Shown in pieces: positions 47,701 to 55,959 of a stretch of 56,827 bases of DNA. The position numbers and the translations under genes are program-made. This DNA is from a virus (taxonomy: Duplodnaviria > Caudoviricetes). Under the pieces are notes generated by a model. It made no database searches. It was not told where the DNA came from and saw only the letters and a list, made by a program, of their open reading frames with translations. Positions within the stretch are counted from its first letter, which is position 1. The number at the start of each line of letters is the position of its first letter. The stretch lies in the IMG/VR virus record IMGVR_UViG_3300048856_000110, positions 1 to 56,827 of that record. One strand, 5' to 3'.

Positions 47701-48027
47701 TTCGACACGGACACCGTCTGGTCGAAGCAGGCCGGATGGACGATCGGCTCAGGAGTTGCCTCCCACACCGGCGCGGGGGCGAGCTTGTATCAGGCCGTCT
47801 CCGTTGTTGCGGGGCAGACATATCGCGTCGCCTACACCGTCACGAGCTACGCATCGACGGGGCTCAGTGTGTATTTGGGCGGCGGGACCACCGTTTCCGG
47901 GGCCGGTGCAACGGCGCCTGGTTCGTATGTTCACTATATCGTAGCGGCCGCTGGCAACACCATTTTTGGGTTCGGCTGTTCTGGAGATGTATCTCTGGAC
48001 AATGTGAGCCTGCGCCTCGCTTCGTAA
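44716..48027 (+). CDS. Tail tip/host-specificity protein (lambda I/J-like) with FN3-like and C-terminal CBM-like domains
   Basis: IDLHFPGGL, GRYEVRLTR, TRNPA, GDLVRL; C-terminal IVNGGF...LYQAVSV...DNVSLR. Confidence 0.88.
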   Translation: MNAVTPIEDRLSVPATGIQCLGLPALDIERGRISVTIREGSTVAEIVSALFPDLSDARRGMVRVTVGEWVIHQHTWLSVRPKPGIPVIARIVPQGGSLRNVLSIVVSIAAVAAGQFYAPAFLVGAVGQTAASAITTAAVAFAGTMLLNALIPIKPPEKEEERYNITGWKNQLVPGAPFASVLGRLRIAPNFAAYPYTESVGDDRYITALFAMRGSVEVSGYRLGYTSIEEDLGEYDELSDFVVVEVKYPGDGPSTLYPMQVIEDMVGQELVNRADETPGVPVKRSSAADAEELSIDLHFPGGLFDTDKEGDDKAAKVDVLIEYRLAGTEPWVTAISLSIDLKEKKPFFRTYRWQPAVRGRYEVRLTRTNNANEDRGSDRVDWLCIRSHRPEAPLNVTTDLTAISVRAKASRLTNGTLDAFNFIAEGVSPDWDAPTQTWITRKTRNPASHYRRAHQSNENRMPKADAKLYLEQIQRWHEMCVAKGLTYDRLHDYKARFDEVLDDICRAGRATKQNAGSQWGVCIDQPRTAVVAHIGARNSWDFSGTSPKLDLPDAFSVKFNDETNDYEPAERVIPRPGFVGLPVTIEALGQEGMTNPSAIWRFATRRFLELIHRRESWSCQQDVEALTTMRGDLVRLAYFREQVSGRVTAIVGDMVILDEETTMVGGQSYVCRFRPDEVDEENDSSRTILRSVIYRAGTLNSFRLSGSGAMPKVGNLAFFGTEGAETEEAIVKDVEMGEEMTARLTLVPHAPQIDTILDAMTVPVWDGRVGYEAEDSTVAPAVPRIIRIDSGIRAQESGTTGYPGVRVYVSPGSVSPSVGSYQVRHRLQGNVTWTTLTVLASQASVKILGYSKGQVIEVMAMAIGRGVSPLSSAFSAISTHTVGANDPVSIAAPTQQLAVIEGSSVRVSWKNPNDPTFQSAKVYRYRDDKVFANAVLISEPLYGAAGATPSILDTPGQGSWIYAIVADDDTVFRTSSPAITSAVALLGAEIIVNGGFDTDTVWSKQAGWTIGSGVASHTGAGASLYQAVSVVAGQTYRVAYTVTSYASTGLSVYLGGGTTVSGAGATAPGSYVHYIVAAAGNTIFGFGCSGDVSLDNVSLRLAS

Positions 48028-48080
48028 GAAGTCTTCATTTCAACGCCTACCTTCTCATCACTTTATAAAGAGTTTTTACC

Positions 48081-49712
48081 ATGAACGACGGAATTGCTTC
48101 GCCGAACATTCCAACTGCATCGGCTCTCGTGGACGTCCTGGGAAACGCGATGGTCGGGTCGATCCCATCAACCGTGCGGGTACCGTTCGGTAGCGTGGTG
48201 CTGCAGATCATGGCGAACCCTGCAATGCAGGGTCAGACCTCCTCGATTTCGGCTCGCATCGATCAGGAGGTCGCCGCGCTCCAGGCCAGCCTCGATCAGG
48301 AGGTCGCGGCGCTTGAGTCCAGCATTGAGGCTGCTGCGGCGGGAACGGTTCGCTTGCGGTACTGGCCTGAATTGCTCGCGACCCCGGGCACTCGCGTCGG
48401 CCAGCCGGGAGAAGTCACGATCGGCGGGTCGACCCACATCGACCCCGTCTCCGCTCTCTCGGTGGCCGACAAGGGCGAATACACATGGACCGGTTCGGCA
48501 TGGGCTTGGGCTGGTGAGCTGCTCGATCCGGCGGCGGTTCAGGCCGCTATCGACGCGCTGAGTATCCAGGGGTACAGCGGTTTCGACACGTTTGATGAAT
48601 CCATCACGGATCGCATCGTTATCACCGACAACAATGGTCTGGAGATCTTTTCGTACGAGCCGCCAGCCGTCGCGAACGCCGAGAGACTGAAGCAGATCAG
48701 AATGCGCATTCGGAAGATTAAGCGTGGAATTCCGGATCAGCTTATCATCGGCCTGATCGGCGATAGTTGGACCGACGCTCCCGGCATGTGGAACGTGCAC
48801 GTCTCCGCAGCGCTTAAAGCGGCCTACGGAGACGCGGGGCTCGGCTACCTCGGCTTCGGCTCAGGTGGCGCGATTGACGCAGGCTACACGTCAACCGAGT
48901 CGGGGACGTGGGTGGTCACAAACTACGTCAATCCTACCCCTGACACGTCGATTTTCACCTCGTCGACAGTCGGATCGAGGCGGCGTGTCACCGGACCGGC
49001 CGCACCAGTTCTCAGTGCCGCGAAGCTCTTCTACATGGCCACCGCTGACGGCGTGGTGCGGTATCGTTGGAACGATGGGACCTGGTCGGCCAACCTGTCT
49101 CTCGCCGAAACCGGCCTCAAGATCGCGGCCCTGACCGGGTTCCCGACGTCGGGAGCGTGGTCGTTCGACGTCGAGGTCGTTTCGGGCACCGTGATCCTGG
49201 GAGGTGTCGAGTTTCAGTCGGCAGCGACCGGCGTCCGAGTTCACAAGCTCGGCAAGGCCGGCAGCACCGCGAAGCAGTGGGCGGCTCTCGACGGGAAGCA
49301 GTGGAAGGCCGGCATGACATCCCTCGGGCTGCACGCTGCGGTCATCCTGCACGGTACGAACGACAACGGGTACGCTTTCCCGCCGGGCCAATTCCGATCC
49401 GACCTTAACCAGATCGCAGATCGCTTGAAATCTGCGCTGAATACCCCGGACCTGTTTTTCGTCGCTCCTTTCGAAAACATGCTCACTGGCAAACCCTATC
49501 CGATGAACGCTCACGCACGGGCGATGCGCGGCGTGGCGGATGAGCAGTGGGGCGCGATGTTGAACCTCCAGCACGTCGTGGGAAGATCGGTCTCCGATTA
49601 CGATACGACCGCAGCGTTCTCTTTGATGGAAGACATCGTTCACCCCAACGTCTCCTTCGGCGGCCCTCTTATCGCCGACGCGATTCTTGGCGTCATTGAT
49701 CCCAGCCTTTAA
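48081..49712 (+). CDS. Tail fibre/spike with an SGNH hydrolase domain
   Basis: IGDSW, GKAGS, HGTND, DIVHP (SGNH blocks I, II, III, V). Confidence 0.8.
   Translation: MNDGIASPNIPTASALVDVLGNAMVGSIPSTVRVPFGSVVLQIMANPAMQGQTSSISARIDQEVAALQASLDQEVAALESSIEAAAAGTVRLRYWPELLATPGTRVGQPGEVTIGGSTHIDPVSALSVADKGEYTWTGSAWAWAGELLDPAAVQAAIDALSIQGYSGFDTFDESITDRIVITDNNGLEIFSYEPPAVANAERLKQIRMRIRKIKRGIPDQLIIGLIGDSWTDAPGMWNVHVSAALKAAYGDAGLGYLGFGSGGAIDAGYTSTESGTWVVTNYVNPTPDTSIFTSSTVGSRRRVTGPAAPVLSAAKLFYMATADGVVRYRWNDGTWSANLSLAETGLKIAALTGFPTSGAWSFDVEVVSGTVILGGVEFQSAATGVRVHKLGKAGSTAKQWAALDGKQWKAGMTSLGLHAAVILHGTNDNGYAFPPGQFRSDLNQIADRLKSALNTPDLFFVAPFENMLTGKPYPMNAHARAMRGVADEQWGAMLNLQHVVGRSVSDYDTTAAFSLMEDIVHPNVSFGGPLIADAILGVIDPSL
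48258..48325 (+). repeat. 33-bp tandem duplication encoding an 11-residue coiled-coil repeat
   Basis: IDQEVAALQAS / LDQEVAALESS. Confidence 0.7.
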
Positions 49713-49724
49713 GGAGCCCTAGCT

Positions 49725-50597
49725 ATGTCTCTTGTCATCCGGAGCCGACTTGGTTTCGCCACCGGCGATACGGCCCGCCGTAAATTCAAGATCGACCCGC
49801 TTCTCTACGGCGATACCGAAGGCGTCCGGTTCGCGCTGGACTTGCAGAAATTCTCCTACTCTGGACCGGCCAGCCCTGCGAATAATCAGTCGATCTTCGA
49901 CATTGCGATGAACGCGAACGCCACCATGAAGGTCCAGCCGGGCTCGACGGTGACCAGAGCCGGAAATGGGTTCGCCTTCTACGGAACGTCCGTTCCTAGT
50001 GACTACATTGAGATCCCGGCGAGCGTCGCGGCTGACATCCAGACCTCGCAGAACTTCCTGATCGGCATGAATATCAGGTTGCCGACTGAGGCGGAGTGGA
50101 TCTCAGCAACCCCCTTCGTCGCCCCCATTCTGACGTGGTCAGACTCCGCCGCCGGCTGGCCGACGGCTGAACTTCTGATGATCAGCATGACGGCATACGG
50201 CGGGGTCAAGCGGGTAAACTTCACGCGCCAGACGGCGGCCAACGTCGTCCAGGACGTCGGCCTGCAACCTGCAACCGCGGATTTTGGAGGAATGGTGCAG
50301 CTCGGTTACTGGCGAAACGCGGATGGCATCGGGTTCCGCATCAAGTCGGAGAACGGCTTGGTCTTCGCCACCGATGTCCGCGGCGCTGACAATTCCCTGA
50401 ACTTCAGCGCCCAGAAGGGCAAGTTCGGGATCGGCCCTGCTTACTGGCCTGGCGTCCTGGCCGGAGGCCCGAAGACGGCCAGCAACTACCGGATCCACCG
50501 ACTGTTCATCGAAAACCTCGGCAAATCGAACAGAGACCCAATCGCAGTCCTCAACCGGGATTATGCCAGGACGAAGTCGCGCGCCGTCTTCTCGTAA
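49725..50597 (+). CDS. Beta-rich (ConA/LamG-like) partner of the tail fibre
   Basis: AAGGAG RBS; beta-strand-rich; directly after the SGNH fibre. Confidence 0.55.
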   Translation: MSLVIRSRLGFATGDTARRKFKIDPLLYGDTEGVRFALDLQKFSYSGPASPANNQSIFDIAMNANATMKVQPGSTVTRAGNGFAFYGTSVPSDYIEIPASVAADIQTSQNFLIGMNIRLPTEAEWISATPFVAPILTWSDSAAGWPTAELLMISMTAYGGVKRVNFTRQTAANVVQDVGLQPATADFGGMVQLGYWRNADGIGFRIKSENGLVFATDVRGADNSLNFSAQKGKFGIGPAYWPGVLAGGPKTASNYRIHRLFIENLGKSNRDPIAVLNRDYARTKSRAVFS

Positions 50598-50601
50598 GGA
50601 A

Positions 50602-50799
50602 TCACATCCCGCCGTCTTGGTTGGCTACCAAGTATTCCTGAACCTCATCGGGAGTTGGGTCGCGGAATTCATCCTCCCCACCCGCCCGGCGCCGCATCAC
50701 CACGCGGCAAACGACTTTCTCTCCGTCGATGATGGCGGGCCGGATCGTTGGCACATAGGCGCGCCACTCAGGCGACACCGCCAACACGTTCTTGAGCAT
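50602..50799 (-). CDS. Small antisense moron protein
   Basis: GAGGGGA RBS; VMRRR...EFRDPT.DE motif. Confidence 0.5.
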   Translation of the reverse strand: MLKNVLAVSPEWRAYVPTIRPAIIDGEKVVCRVVMRRRAGGEDEFRDPTPDEVQEYLVANQDGGM

Positions 50800-50883
50800 G
50801 CTCCCCTCCCGGCACTTGAACCGAGAGGGATTATGCCCAACCCCAACGTGTAGGCCAATCAGTAACTGCTTTCCCAAGACCGC

Positions 50884-50910
50884 AAGGCGCTCCTCACCGG
50901 GCGCCTTTTT
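50884..50910 (+). terminator. Terminator-like hairpin before the endolysin
   Basis: AAGGCGCTC-CTCACC-GGGCGCCTT-TTT. Confidence 0.6.
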
Positions 50911-50932
50911 CATTTGCCCATAGGAGGCACCC

Positions 50933-51805
50933 ATGCAGATCACGGCCGCGCTCCTCAGCGCGATCGCCGGCGGAGCCATGACGGCATCGCGGAAGGCGAA
51001 CATCGCTTCCATCATCGCCGGGCTCGACACCATGGGCGCGGCGATGGGGCTTCTCGTGCCGCACCGAGCCGCGCACTTCCTGGCGCAGATCGCGCACGAA
51101 AGCGGGCGCTTCGTCTACGACAAGGAAGTCTGGGACGGGAAGGGGGCGCAAGCCCGCTACGACACCCGGACCGACCTCGGCAACACGGCGACGGTCGACG
51201 GAGACGGCAAGCTCTACCGGGGGCGCAGCTCCATGCAGCTCACCGGCAAGTCGAATTACACCGAGTTCCGCGACTGGTGCTGGGCGCAGGGGTTGAAGGC
51301 GCCGGACTTTGTCGCCGAGCCCGACCGGGTGAATGAGGACCCTTGGGAGGGCCTGGTGCCGATCTGGTACTGGTCGACGCGAAACCTCAATCGCTACGCC
51401 GACCAGGAAGACGGCGTCGAGATGATCACCCGCAAGATCAACGGCGGGACGAATGGCCTCGACGATCGCATCGCGCTCTATGTCCGCGCATCGCTGGTGA
51501 TCCTCGGCCGCAGGCTTGAGCCCGGCGCGGTGCGCAAATTCCAGAGCGAGAACGGCCTTACGCCGGACGACGTCGCAGGGCCTGCCACGCGCAACGCGCT
51601 GCATGCGGCGCTCGTCGCTGTGAAGGTGGCGGCCCCGGCGCCGGTCGTCGTGGCTGAGCCTATCGCGCCAGCCATCGCTCCGCCTGCACCGCCGATGGTC
51701 GTGCCGCCGCCGGACGCACCGATGGGCACCCCGCAGCAGTACTTCACCCTCATCCAGGCGATGGCCGCTGCAGGCATTGCCGCCCTCGAGAGAAAGGCAG
51801 CATGA
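50933..51805 (+). CDS. GH19-family endolysin with a peptidoglycan-binding domain
   Basis: HFLAQIAHESG, YRGRSSMQLTGKSNY, ITRKINGGTNGLDDR; VRKFQSENGLTPDDVAGPAT. Confidence 0.92.
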   Translation: MQITAALLSAIAGGAMTASRKANIASIIAGLDTMGAAMGLLVPHRAAHFLAQIAHESGRFVYDKEVWDGKGAQARYDTRTDLGNTATVDGDGKLYRGRSSMQLTGKSNYTEFRDWCWAQGLKAPDFVAEPDRVNEDPWEGLVPIWYWSTRNLNRYADQEDGVEMITRKINGGTNGLDDRIALYVRASLVILGRRLEPGAVRKFQSENGLTPDDVAGPATRNALHAALVAVKVAAPAPVVVAEPIAPAIAPPAPPMVVPPPDAPMGTPQQYFTLIQAMAAAGIAALERKAA

Positions 51806-52320
51806 CCATGTGGGAATCGTTCTGGAACACGACCTGGGGGATCCTCGGGCCGTTCTATGCCGCGGTGCTGCCGATCGCCGCCTCGGCCGTCGTCGGCTAC
51901 CTCGTGAAGCTCTACCGGGAGAAGACGGGGCAGGAGGTCAATGCCATCTTCCGCGAAGCGCTGCAGGGCACGATCACGCGGACGGCCAACGCGATCGTCG
52001 TCAAGGCGGGCGGCGCCGCGGCACTGAACGCGCTGCCGGCGGACGCCCTCGACCTCGGCGTCCGGATGGTGAAGGAGGCTGTCCCGGAGGCGGTGGCGCA
52101 CTTCGCCAAGGAAGGTCTGACGGACGAGAAGATCGCGTCGAAAATCCTGCCGCAGGCGGAGGCAATCATCGCGGCCGCGCCTCTCGCGCCGGCGGCGATG
52201 GAGATCGCCCGCCATGTCGACCAGGCGCTGGCCGACCCGGTGGCGATCGGCCCGGACCTCGGCAAGGTCCTCGACCAGATCATCCGCAATCTGCCGCGTC
52301 CGCCCGCGGCCAAGGCGTGA
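51802..52320 (+). CDS. Putative holin-like protein
   Basis: N-terminal TM; coupled to the endolysin. Confidence 0.5.
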   Translation: MTMWESFWNTTWGILGPFYAAVLPIAASAVVGYLVKLYREKTGQEVNAIFREALQGTITRTANAIVVKAGGAAALNALPADALDLGVRMVKEAVPEAVAHFAKEGLTDEKIASKILPQAEAIIAAAPLAPAAMEIARHVDQALADPVAIGPDLGKVLDQIIRNLPRPPAAKA

Positions 52321-52324
52321 TTCG

Positions 52325-52639
52325 ATGAACGGTGCGCGCGACCGCGAGAATGATGCCCTGCCGGAGATCACGGCATTTGGCCAGTTGCCGCTCAAGACGA
52401 AGGAGTTCTTCGGCCAGCTGCGCGAGGAGGAGGTGGAAGCCCTAAAGCGTTTCTCCCGGCTGTCCGACGAGGAGCAGGCGCAGCTCTTTCAGGCGATCAG
52501 GCTGGCGCACTCCTTCATCACCGCCGGCAAGGCGGCGAAGTGGCTGATCATCACCATGGTCGGCACCTTCATCGGCTTCATGCTGCTGGCCGAGAACATC
52601 CAGAAGGCATTCGCCTGGTTTCAGGGAGGTGCGAAATGA
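52325..52639 (+). CDS. Lysis-module membrane protein
   Basis: C-terminal TM (WLIITMVGTFIGFMLLA). Confidence 0.55.
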   Translation: MNGARDRENDALPEITAFGQLPLKTKEFFGQLREEEVEALKRFSRLSDEEQAQLFQAIRLAHSFITAGKAAKWLIITMVGTFIGFMLLAENIQKAFAWFQGGAK

Positions 52640-53061
52640 GACGGGCCCCGATCTTCGCCATCTGCAATGTTGGGGCTGCCCTGCTCGCGATCTGGGCCGC
52701 GGACCGCAATCCCGCGACCGAGACGGTGTCGGTGACGATCACCCCGGCCGTGGTACCCGCCGGCGGCGACGCGGAGGTGCGCTATGTCTACCAGCGCTTC
52801 CGGCTATGCAATCGCCGGTCTGTGCAGCAGGTGGCCGATGTCCGAGGGAGGACCTTCGAGATCGGCGAGACCGAAAGCCCGCCGTATGTCGGCCGGGTCC
52901 AGGGCACGGCCGGGACGTTCGTCCAGCCGTTCCGGGTGCCGCTGGCCGCGCAGCCTGGTGCCGCCGTGTACCGTGTTGACATCCGCGACTACTGCAACCC
53001 GATCCATCGGCTGTGGCCAATCCACAAGACGATCGAGGCGCCGTTCACCATCGCGCCATAG
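52636..53061 (+). CDS. Lysis-module membrane-anchored periplasmic protein
   Basis: N-terminal TM; CNPIHRLWP motif. Confidence 0.55.
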   Translation: MRRAPIFAICNVGAALLAIWAADRNPATETVSVTITPAVVPAGGDAEVRYVYQRFRLCNRRSVQQVADVRGRTFEIGETESPPYVGRVQGTAGTFVQPFRVPLAAQPGAAVYRVDIRDYCNPIHRLWPIHKTIEAPFTIAP

Positions 53062-53087
53062 CCGCCGGATCCCTGCCGCTACTGCCG

Positions 53088-53130
53088 AGCCGCCGTCGCC
53101 CTTGATCGGGTGGCGGCGGCTTTTGTCGTT
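53088..53130 (+). terminator. Late operon terminator
   Basis: AGCCGCCGTCGCCC-TTGATC-GGGTGGCGGCGGCT-TTTGTCGTTT. Confidence 0.8.
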
Positions 53131-53322
53131 TCAGAATTGAGCCTCTGCATCCACCAAGGCGGCTGCGATGGCATCTTCGGCCTTAGCCCGAACTCGGAGC
53201 CTCGCTGCCTCGATGGGCATACCCTCTATCCAAGCGGTCAGGGCAACGTAAAATTCAACCATGTCGCGCTCGGCCATGTAAATCCGGTCCAGTGGCGCGA
53301 CTTCAAGAAAGCGGAGAGGCAT
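53131..53322 (-). CDS. Small protein, paralogue of 55591..55785
   Basis: MPLR...Y..E.DM.EF...PI..AR.R.R..AEDA..AAL shared by both copies. Confidence 0.65.
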   Translation of the reverse strand: MPLRFLEVAPLDRIYMAERDMVEFYVALTAWIEGMPIEAARLRVRAKAEDAIAAALVDAEAQF

Positions 53323-53504
53323 GTCCTCACTCCCGCGTTGGGATCGATGGCTTTGTCCAGGCCGGCCTCAGCCGGCGGCTTCTCCTTTCCGGCTTCGGCT
53401 GCGTCCGAAGTTCTCGCGGGTCGGAACGCAGAAGGCTCGCGATCGCGTGCGGACCGGCTAATGGAACTGGCGTGAGGCTTCCCTGGGCTGATGTCATGCT
53501 GGCT

Positions 53505-53687
53505 TCAGGCCTTCTCGCCGGTCTCGCTTTCGATCCGCGCGACATCTTCCGCTTCCGACGCCTCGATGTCCTCTGCCTCAGTGCTCTTGGTATCCGCGAC
53601 AACGGCCGTTACGCCGCTGTCGCCGTGCACCTTAGCGGGGACGATGCGAGCCTCTGCCTCAGCTCTCTCGTTCCTGGGGTGCCTCAT
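53505..53687 (-). CDS. Small acidic hypothetical protein
   Basis: Overlaps the PepSY stop. Confidence 0.35.
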   Translation of the reverse strand: MRHPRNERAEAEARIVPAKVHGDSGVTAVVADTKSTEAEDIEASEAEDVARIESETGEKA

Positions 53688-54010
53688 CGGACCCGTATGA
53701 CCTCCCCGTTACGACGATCGACCTCCACGAGGATGTCGCGACCGCGCCGGTCAACACCGATGACGCGATACGACCGGCGGGTTCGCTCCACGTCGTCTAC
53801 CTCCCGAAGACCTTCACGTCGCGCGATGCGAATGGCCTCACGCTCACTCAACTCGTACCGGTCTCTGCGATCACGGCGCGGGGGGCCTCGGCGATCCTCC
53901 AGCACCTCAACGCCAGCTGGTCCAATCAGCACGTCCTGTGCACGAACGGGGCCGCTTTCGGCTGCGGCAATCAGTGCGACTACCGCGATTGCCAAAAATT
54001 TCTTCTGCAT
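53684..54010 (-). CDS. Secreted PepSY-like protein
   Basis: Signal peptide; LSEREAIRIARREG...YRVIGVDRRGRDILVEVDRRNGEVI; GAGGAGA RBS. Confidence 0.78.
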   Translation of the reverse strand: MQKKFLAIAVVALIAAAESGPVRAQDVLIGPAGVEVLEDRRGPPRRDRRDRYELSEREAIRIARREGLREVDDVERTRRSYRVIGVDRRGRDILVEVDRRNGEVIRVR

Positions 54011-54049
54011 CGGATGTCTCCTCAACGTTCACGTTGGACCGGTGCTGAC

Positions 54050-54074
54050 AACAGTGGGGCAGGGGGCGGGTTCC
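54050..54074 (-). promoter_or_regulatory. Sigma-EcfG (general stress)-like promoter
   Basis: GGAAC-N16-TGTT against the consensus GGAAC-N16/17-CGTT, about 40 nt upstream of the PepSY ATG. Confidence 0.5.
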
Positions 54075-54285
54075 ATCAAGCGCGGATCATCGCGGGGGAC
54101 GCGGGCGCTTGAGTGACCCGCTTCTCGACGCCATCCGGCGGATTATCGCTCCGCCAAGGGGAGATGCCGACAGTGAATGACAGAGTGGCCGGTTCCTGAC
54201 CGTCCGGACGACGCACGGAACTCGGATCCTCCAATTCTCCTTAGTTCCTTCGAGACGCCGCGTCACCGGCGTGATGGAGGATCAG

Positions 54286-54528
54286 ATGCAACACTTCTTC
54301 TTCAACATTCGCGACGACCACGTGCTCGTCCGCGACCGCGAAGGCCAGCTGCTCGACGGCCTCGACCAGGCGGTCGCTCTGGCGACCCGGATGGCTTGGC
54401 ATGCGAGAGCCGAAGCAAACTCCGATGACGAGATCGGCAGTCGCCGGATCGAGATCTGCGACGGGTTCGGACGGACCATGGACGCTGTCTCCGTGCGGGT
54501 CGTCGCCCTGGAAGCGGCGATGTCATGA
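54286..54528 (+). CDS. DUF6894-like small protein
   Basis: FFFNIRD....DREG..L..LDQA...A...IEICDGFG. Confidence 0.7.
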   Translation: MQHFFFNIRDDHVLVRDREGQLLDGLDQAVALATRMAWHARAEANSDDEIGSRRIEICDGFGRTMDAVSVRVVALEAAMS

Positions 54529-54755
54529 GCGATATCCGATACCCGGAACCCGTCGTCGCGATGATCACCGATGGCTTCACGGCAGCGAAGGCATTCCGCC
54601 AGCATTTCGGCCTGCCGATCCAGTGCGTGGCATTCCGGAGCGGCATCAAGGTCGCGCGACTGCTCGTCATCGAAAGCGGATGCCGGGCGTCCGACGACGA
54701 GATCACGGCGATCGGCAAGGCGATGGAGCTTCCGCACGGGGTGCTCGGCGGGTGA
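54525..54755 (+). CDS. Small HTH-like protein
   Basis: KAFRQHFGL..QCVAFRSGI..ARLLVIESG...IGKAM. Confidence 0.55.
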   Translation: MSDIRYPEPVVAMITDGFTAAKAFRQHFGLPIQCVAFRSGIKVARLLVIESGCRASDDEITAIGKAMELPHGVLGG

Positions 54756-54816
54756 GGGAGAGGGAACGTTAAGTCGAGCCGGCTACTTGCTCTTGGGCAT
54801 ACCCGAGAGCTGTTGA

Positions 54817-55092
54817 ATGACACTACATCCGCATCTTCCTCCCGCAGTTGATTTTCCAGACGCGGATTCGCTGAGAGACGTGGGCGACGACGAACCCGCG
54901 TCGATGCTGGTGGAATGCCGCCGCTCCTGCCGGAACCTGCAACACTTCCGGGATTTGCTGGTCACGCCCGTCGCGCTCACGCTCTGGAAAGTCCTGATCC
55001 GTGGCGAGGAGTTGCTCGTCGCCTCGTCCGGCAGGCGGATTGAGACGGAGATCGCCAGCCGTTACCGAAACTCTGCCGGGGACGCGAGTTAG
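54817..55092 (+). CDS. Hypothetical protein
   Basis: 91-aa ORF between two plausible genes. Confidence 0.4.
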   Translation: MTLHPHLPPAVDFPDADSLRDVGDDEPASMLVECRRSCRNLQHFRDLLVTPVALTLWKVLIRGEELLVASSGRRIETEIASRYRNSAGDAS

Positions 55093-55165
55093 CTTCCCGG
55101 TTCTGGACGACTAGGCGGCCAGCAGCTACGCTCGGTTCACGCAGCACCGATACTGGAGACGACCC

Positions 55166-55450
55166 GTGATCAAGTCCGAGCTCGTCCAGATCATCGCCAG
55201 CCGCAACGCGCATCTATACATGAGAGACGTCGAGATCGTCGTCGATGCGATTTTCGACGAGATCTCTGGGGTGCTGCAAGACGGGGGCCGAGCAGAGCTG
55301 CGGGGTTTCGGTGCGTTCATCGTGAAGCACCGTCCGGCGCATTCGGCTCGGAACCCGCGGACTGGCGAAACGGTCGATATCGAGGAAAAATGGGTGCCCG
55401 CGTTCAAGGCCGGCAAAGGGCTCCGGGACCGGCTGAACAAGCCTGCCTGA
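55166..55450 (+). CDS. ihfB: Integration host factor beta subunit
   Basis: [39 protein letters not shown]. Confidence 0.92.
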   Translation: MIKSELVQIIASRNAHLYMRDVEIVVDAIFDEISGVLQDGGRAELRGFGAFIVKHRPAHSARNPRTGETVDIEEKWVPAFKAGKGLRDRLNKPA

Positions 55451-55590
55451 TATGCGGTCGCGACACGACGCCGGGCGGAGTATCAGGCCGTCGCGACGTC
55501 ATCGCCCGAAGCCAAACTTATGCCTCTCGGACTTAAGCGTTCGGCCAACCTCGCTGATGCTCTTCACTGAGTGGCGGCGGCTTTCGTCGC

Positions 55591-55785
55591 TTAGGTCCGC
55601 GGTTCCGAACCGGCGGCAAGCGCCGCCAGATATGCATCCTCGGCATCCGTACGCGCTCGCCGGCGCGCCTCCGCGATCGGAAGGTCTTCGGTAATCGCGA
55701 TCACCCGGGCGTGAAACTCGATCATGTCGGCTTCGGTCGCGTAAGCGGTTTCAGCACTCCCGCCGAACAGCGATCTGAGAGGCAT
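55591..55785 (-). CDS. Small protein, paralogue of 53131..53322
   Basis: Shares the MPLR...AEDA..AAL pattern; same upstream GGGAGTGAG. Confidence 0.65.
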   Translation of the reverse strand: MPLRSLFGGSAETAYATEADMIEFHARVIAITEDLPIAEARRRARTDAEDAYLAALAAGSEPRT

Positions 55786-55959
55786 GATCTCACTCCCGTG
55801 TTGCTCTCAATGGCATAGTCGAGGCCGGCTCAGCCGGCGGCGACGTTGTTGATTCCAGCTTACGCTGCTTCCAAAGCTCTCGCGGATCGGCACGCAGAAG
55901 GGTTGCGCCCGCGTGCCTCCCATCAAGCCGAACCAACCTGTCGCTGTCGCGCTCGCCCG

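Larger units (their letters stand above)
1..53130. mobile_element. Lambda-like temperate prophage (siphovirus morphology); left end outside the window, right boundary uncertain (may extend through 56827)
   Basis: Canonical order of divergent cI/cro, replication, antiterminator, HNH-terS-terL-portal-protease-capsid, tail, endolysin; no integrase or att seen. Confidence 0.95.
53108..55916. repeat. Diverged direct repeat of ~345 bp (53108-53450 and 55570-55916)
   Basis: Shared GTGGCGGCGGCTTTYGTCG, GAGAGGCATG..CTCACTCCCGYGTTG, AGGCCGGC..CAGCCGGCGGC, TCTCGCGGRTCGG.ACGCAGAAGG, CGCGTGC. Confidence 0.8.

Noticed and set aside
44716-50597. Diversity-generating retroelement or invertible tail-fibre cassette
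   Set aside because: No reverse transcriptase, TR/VR pair or invertase seen
55067-55090. EcfG promoter for ihfB (GAAAC-N16-GTT)
   Set aside because: Mismatched -35 and short spacer; too weak to call
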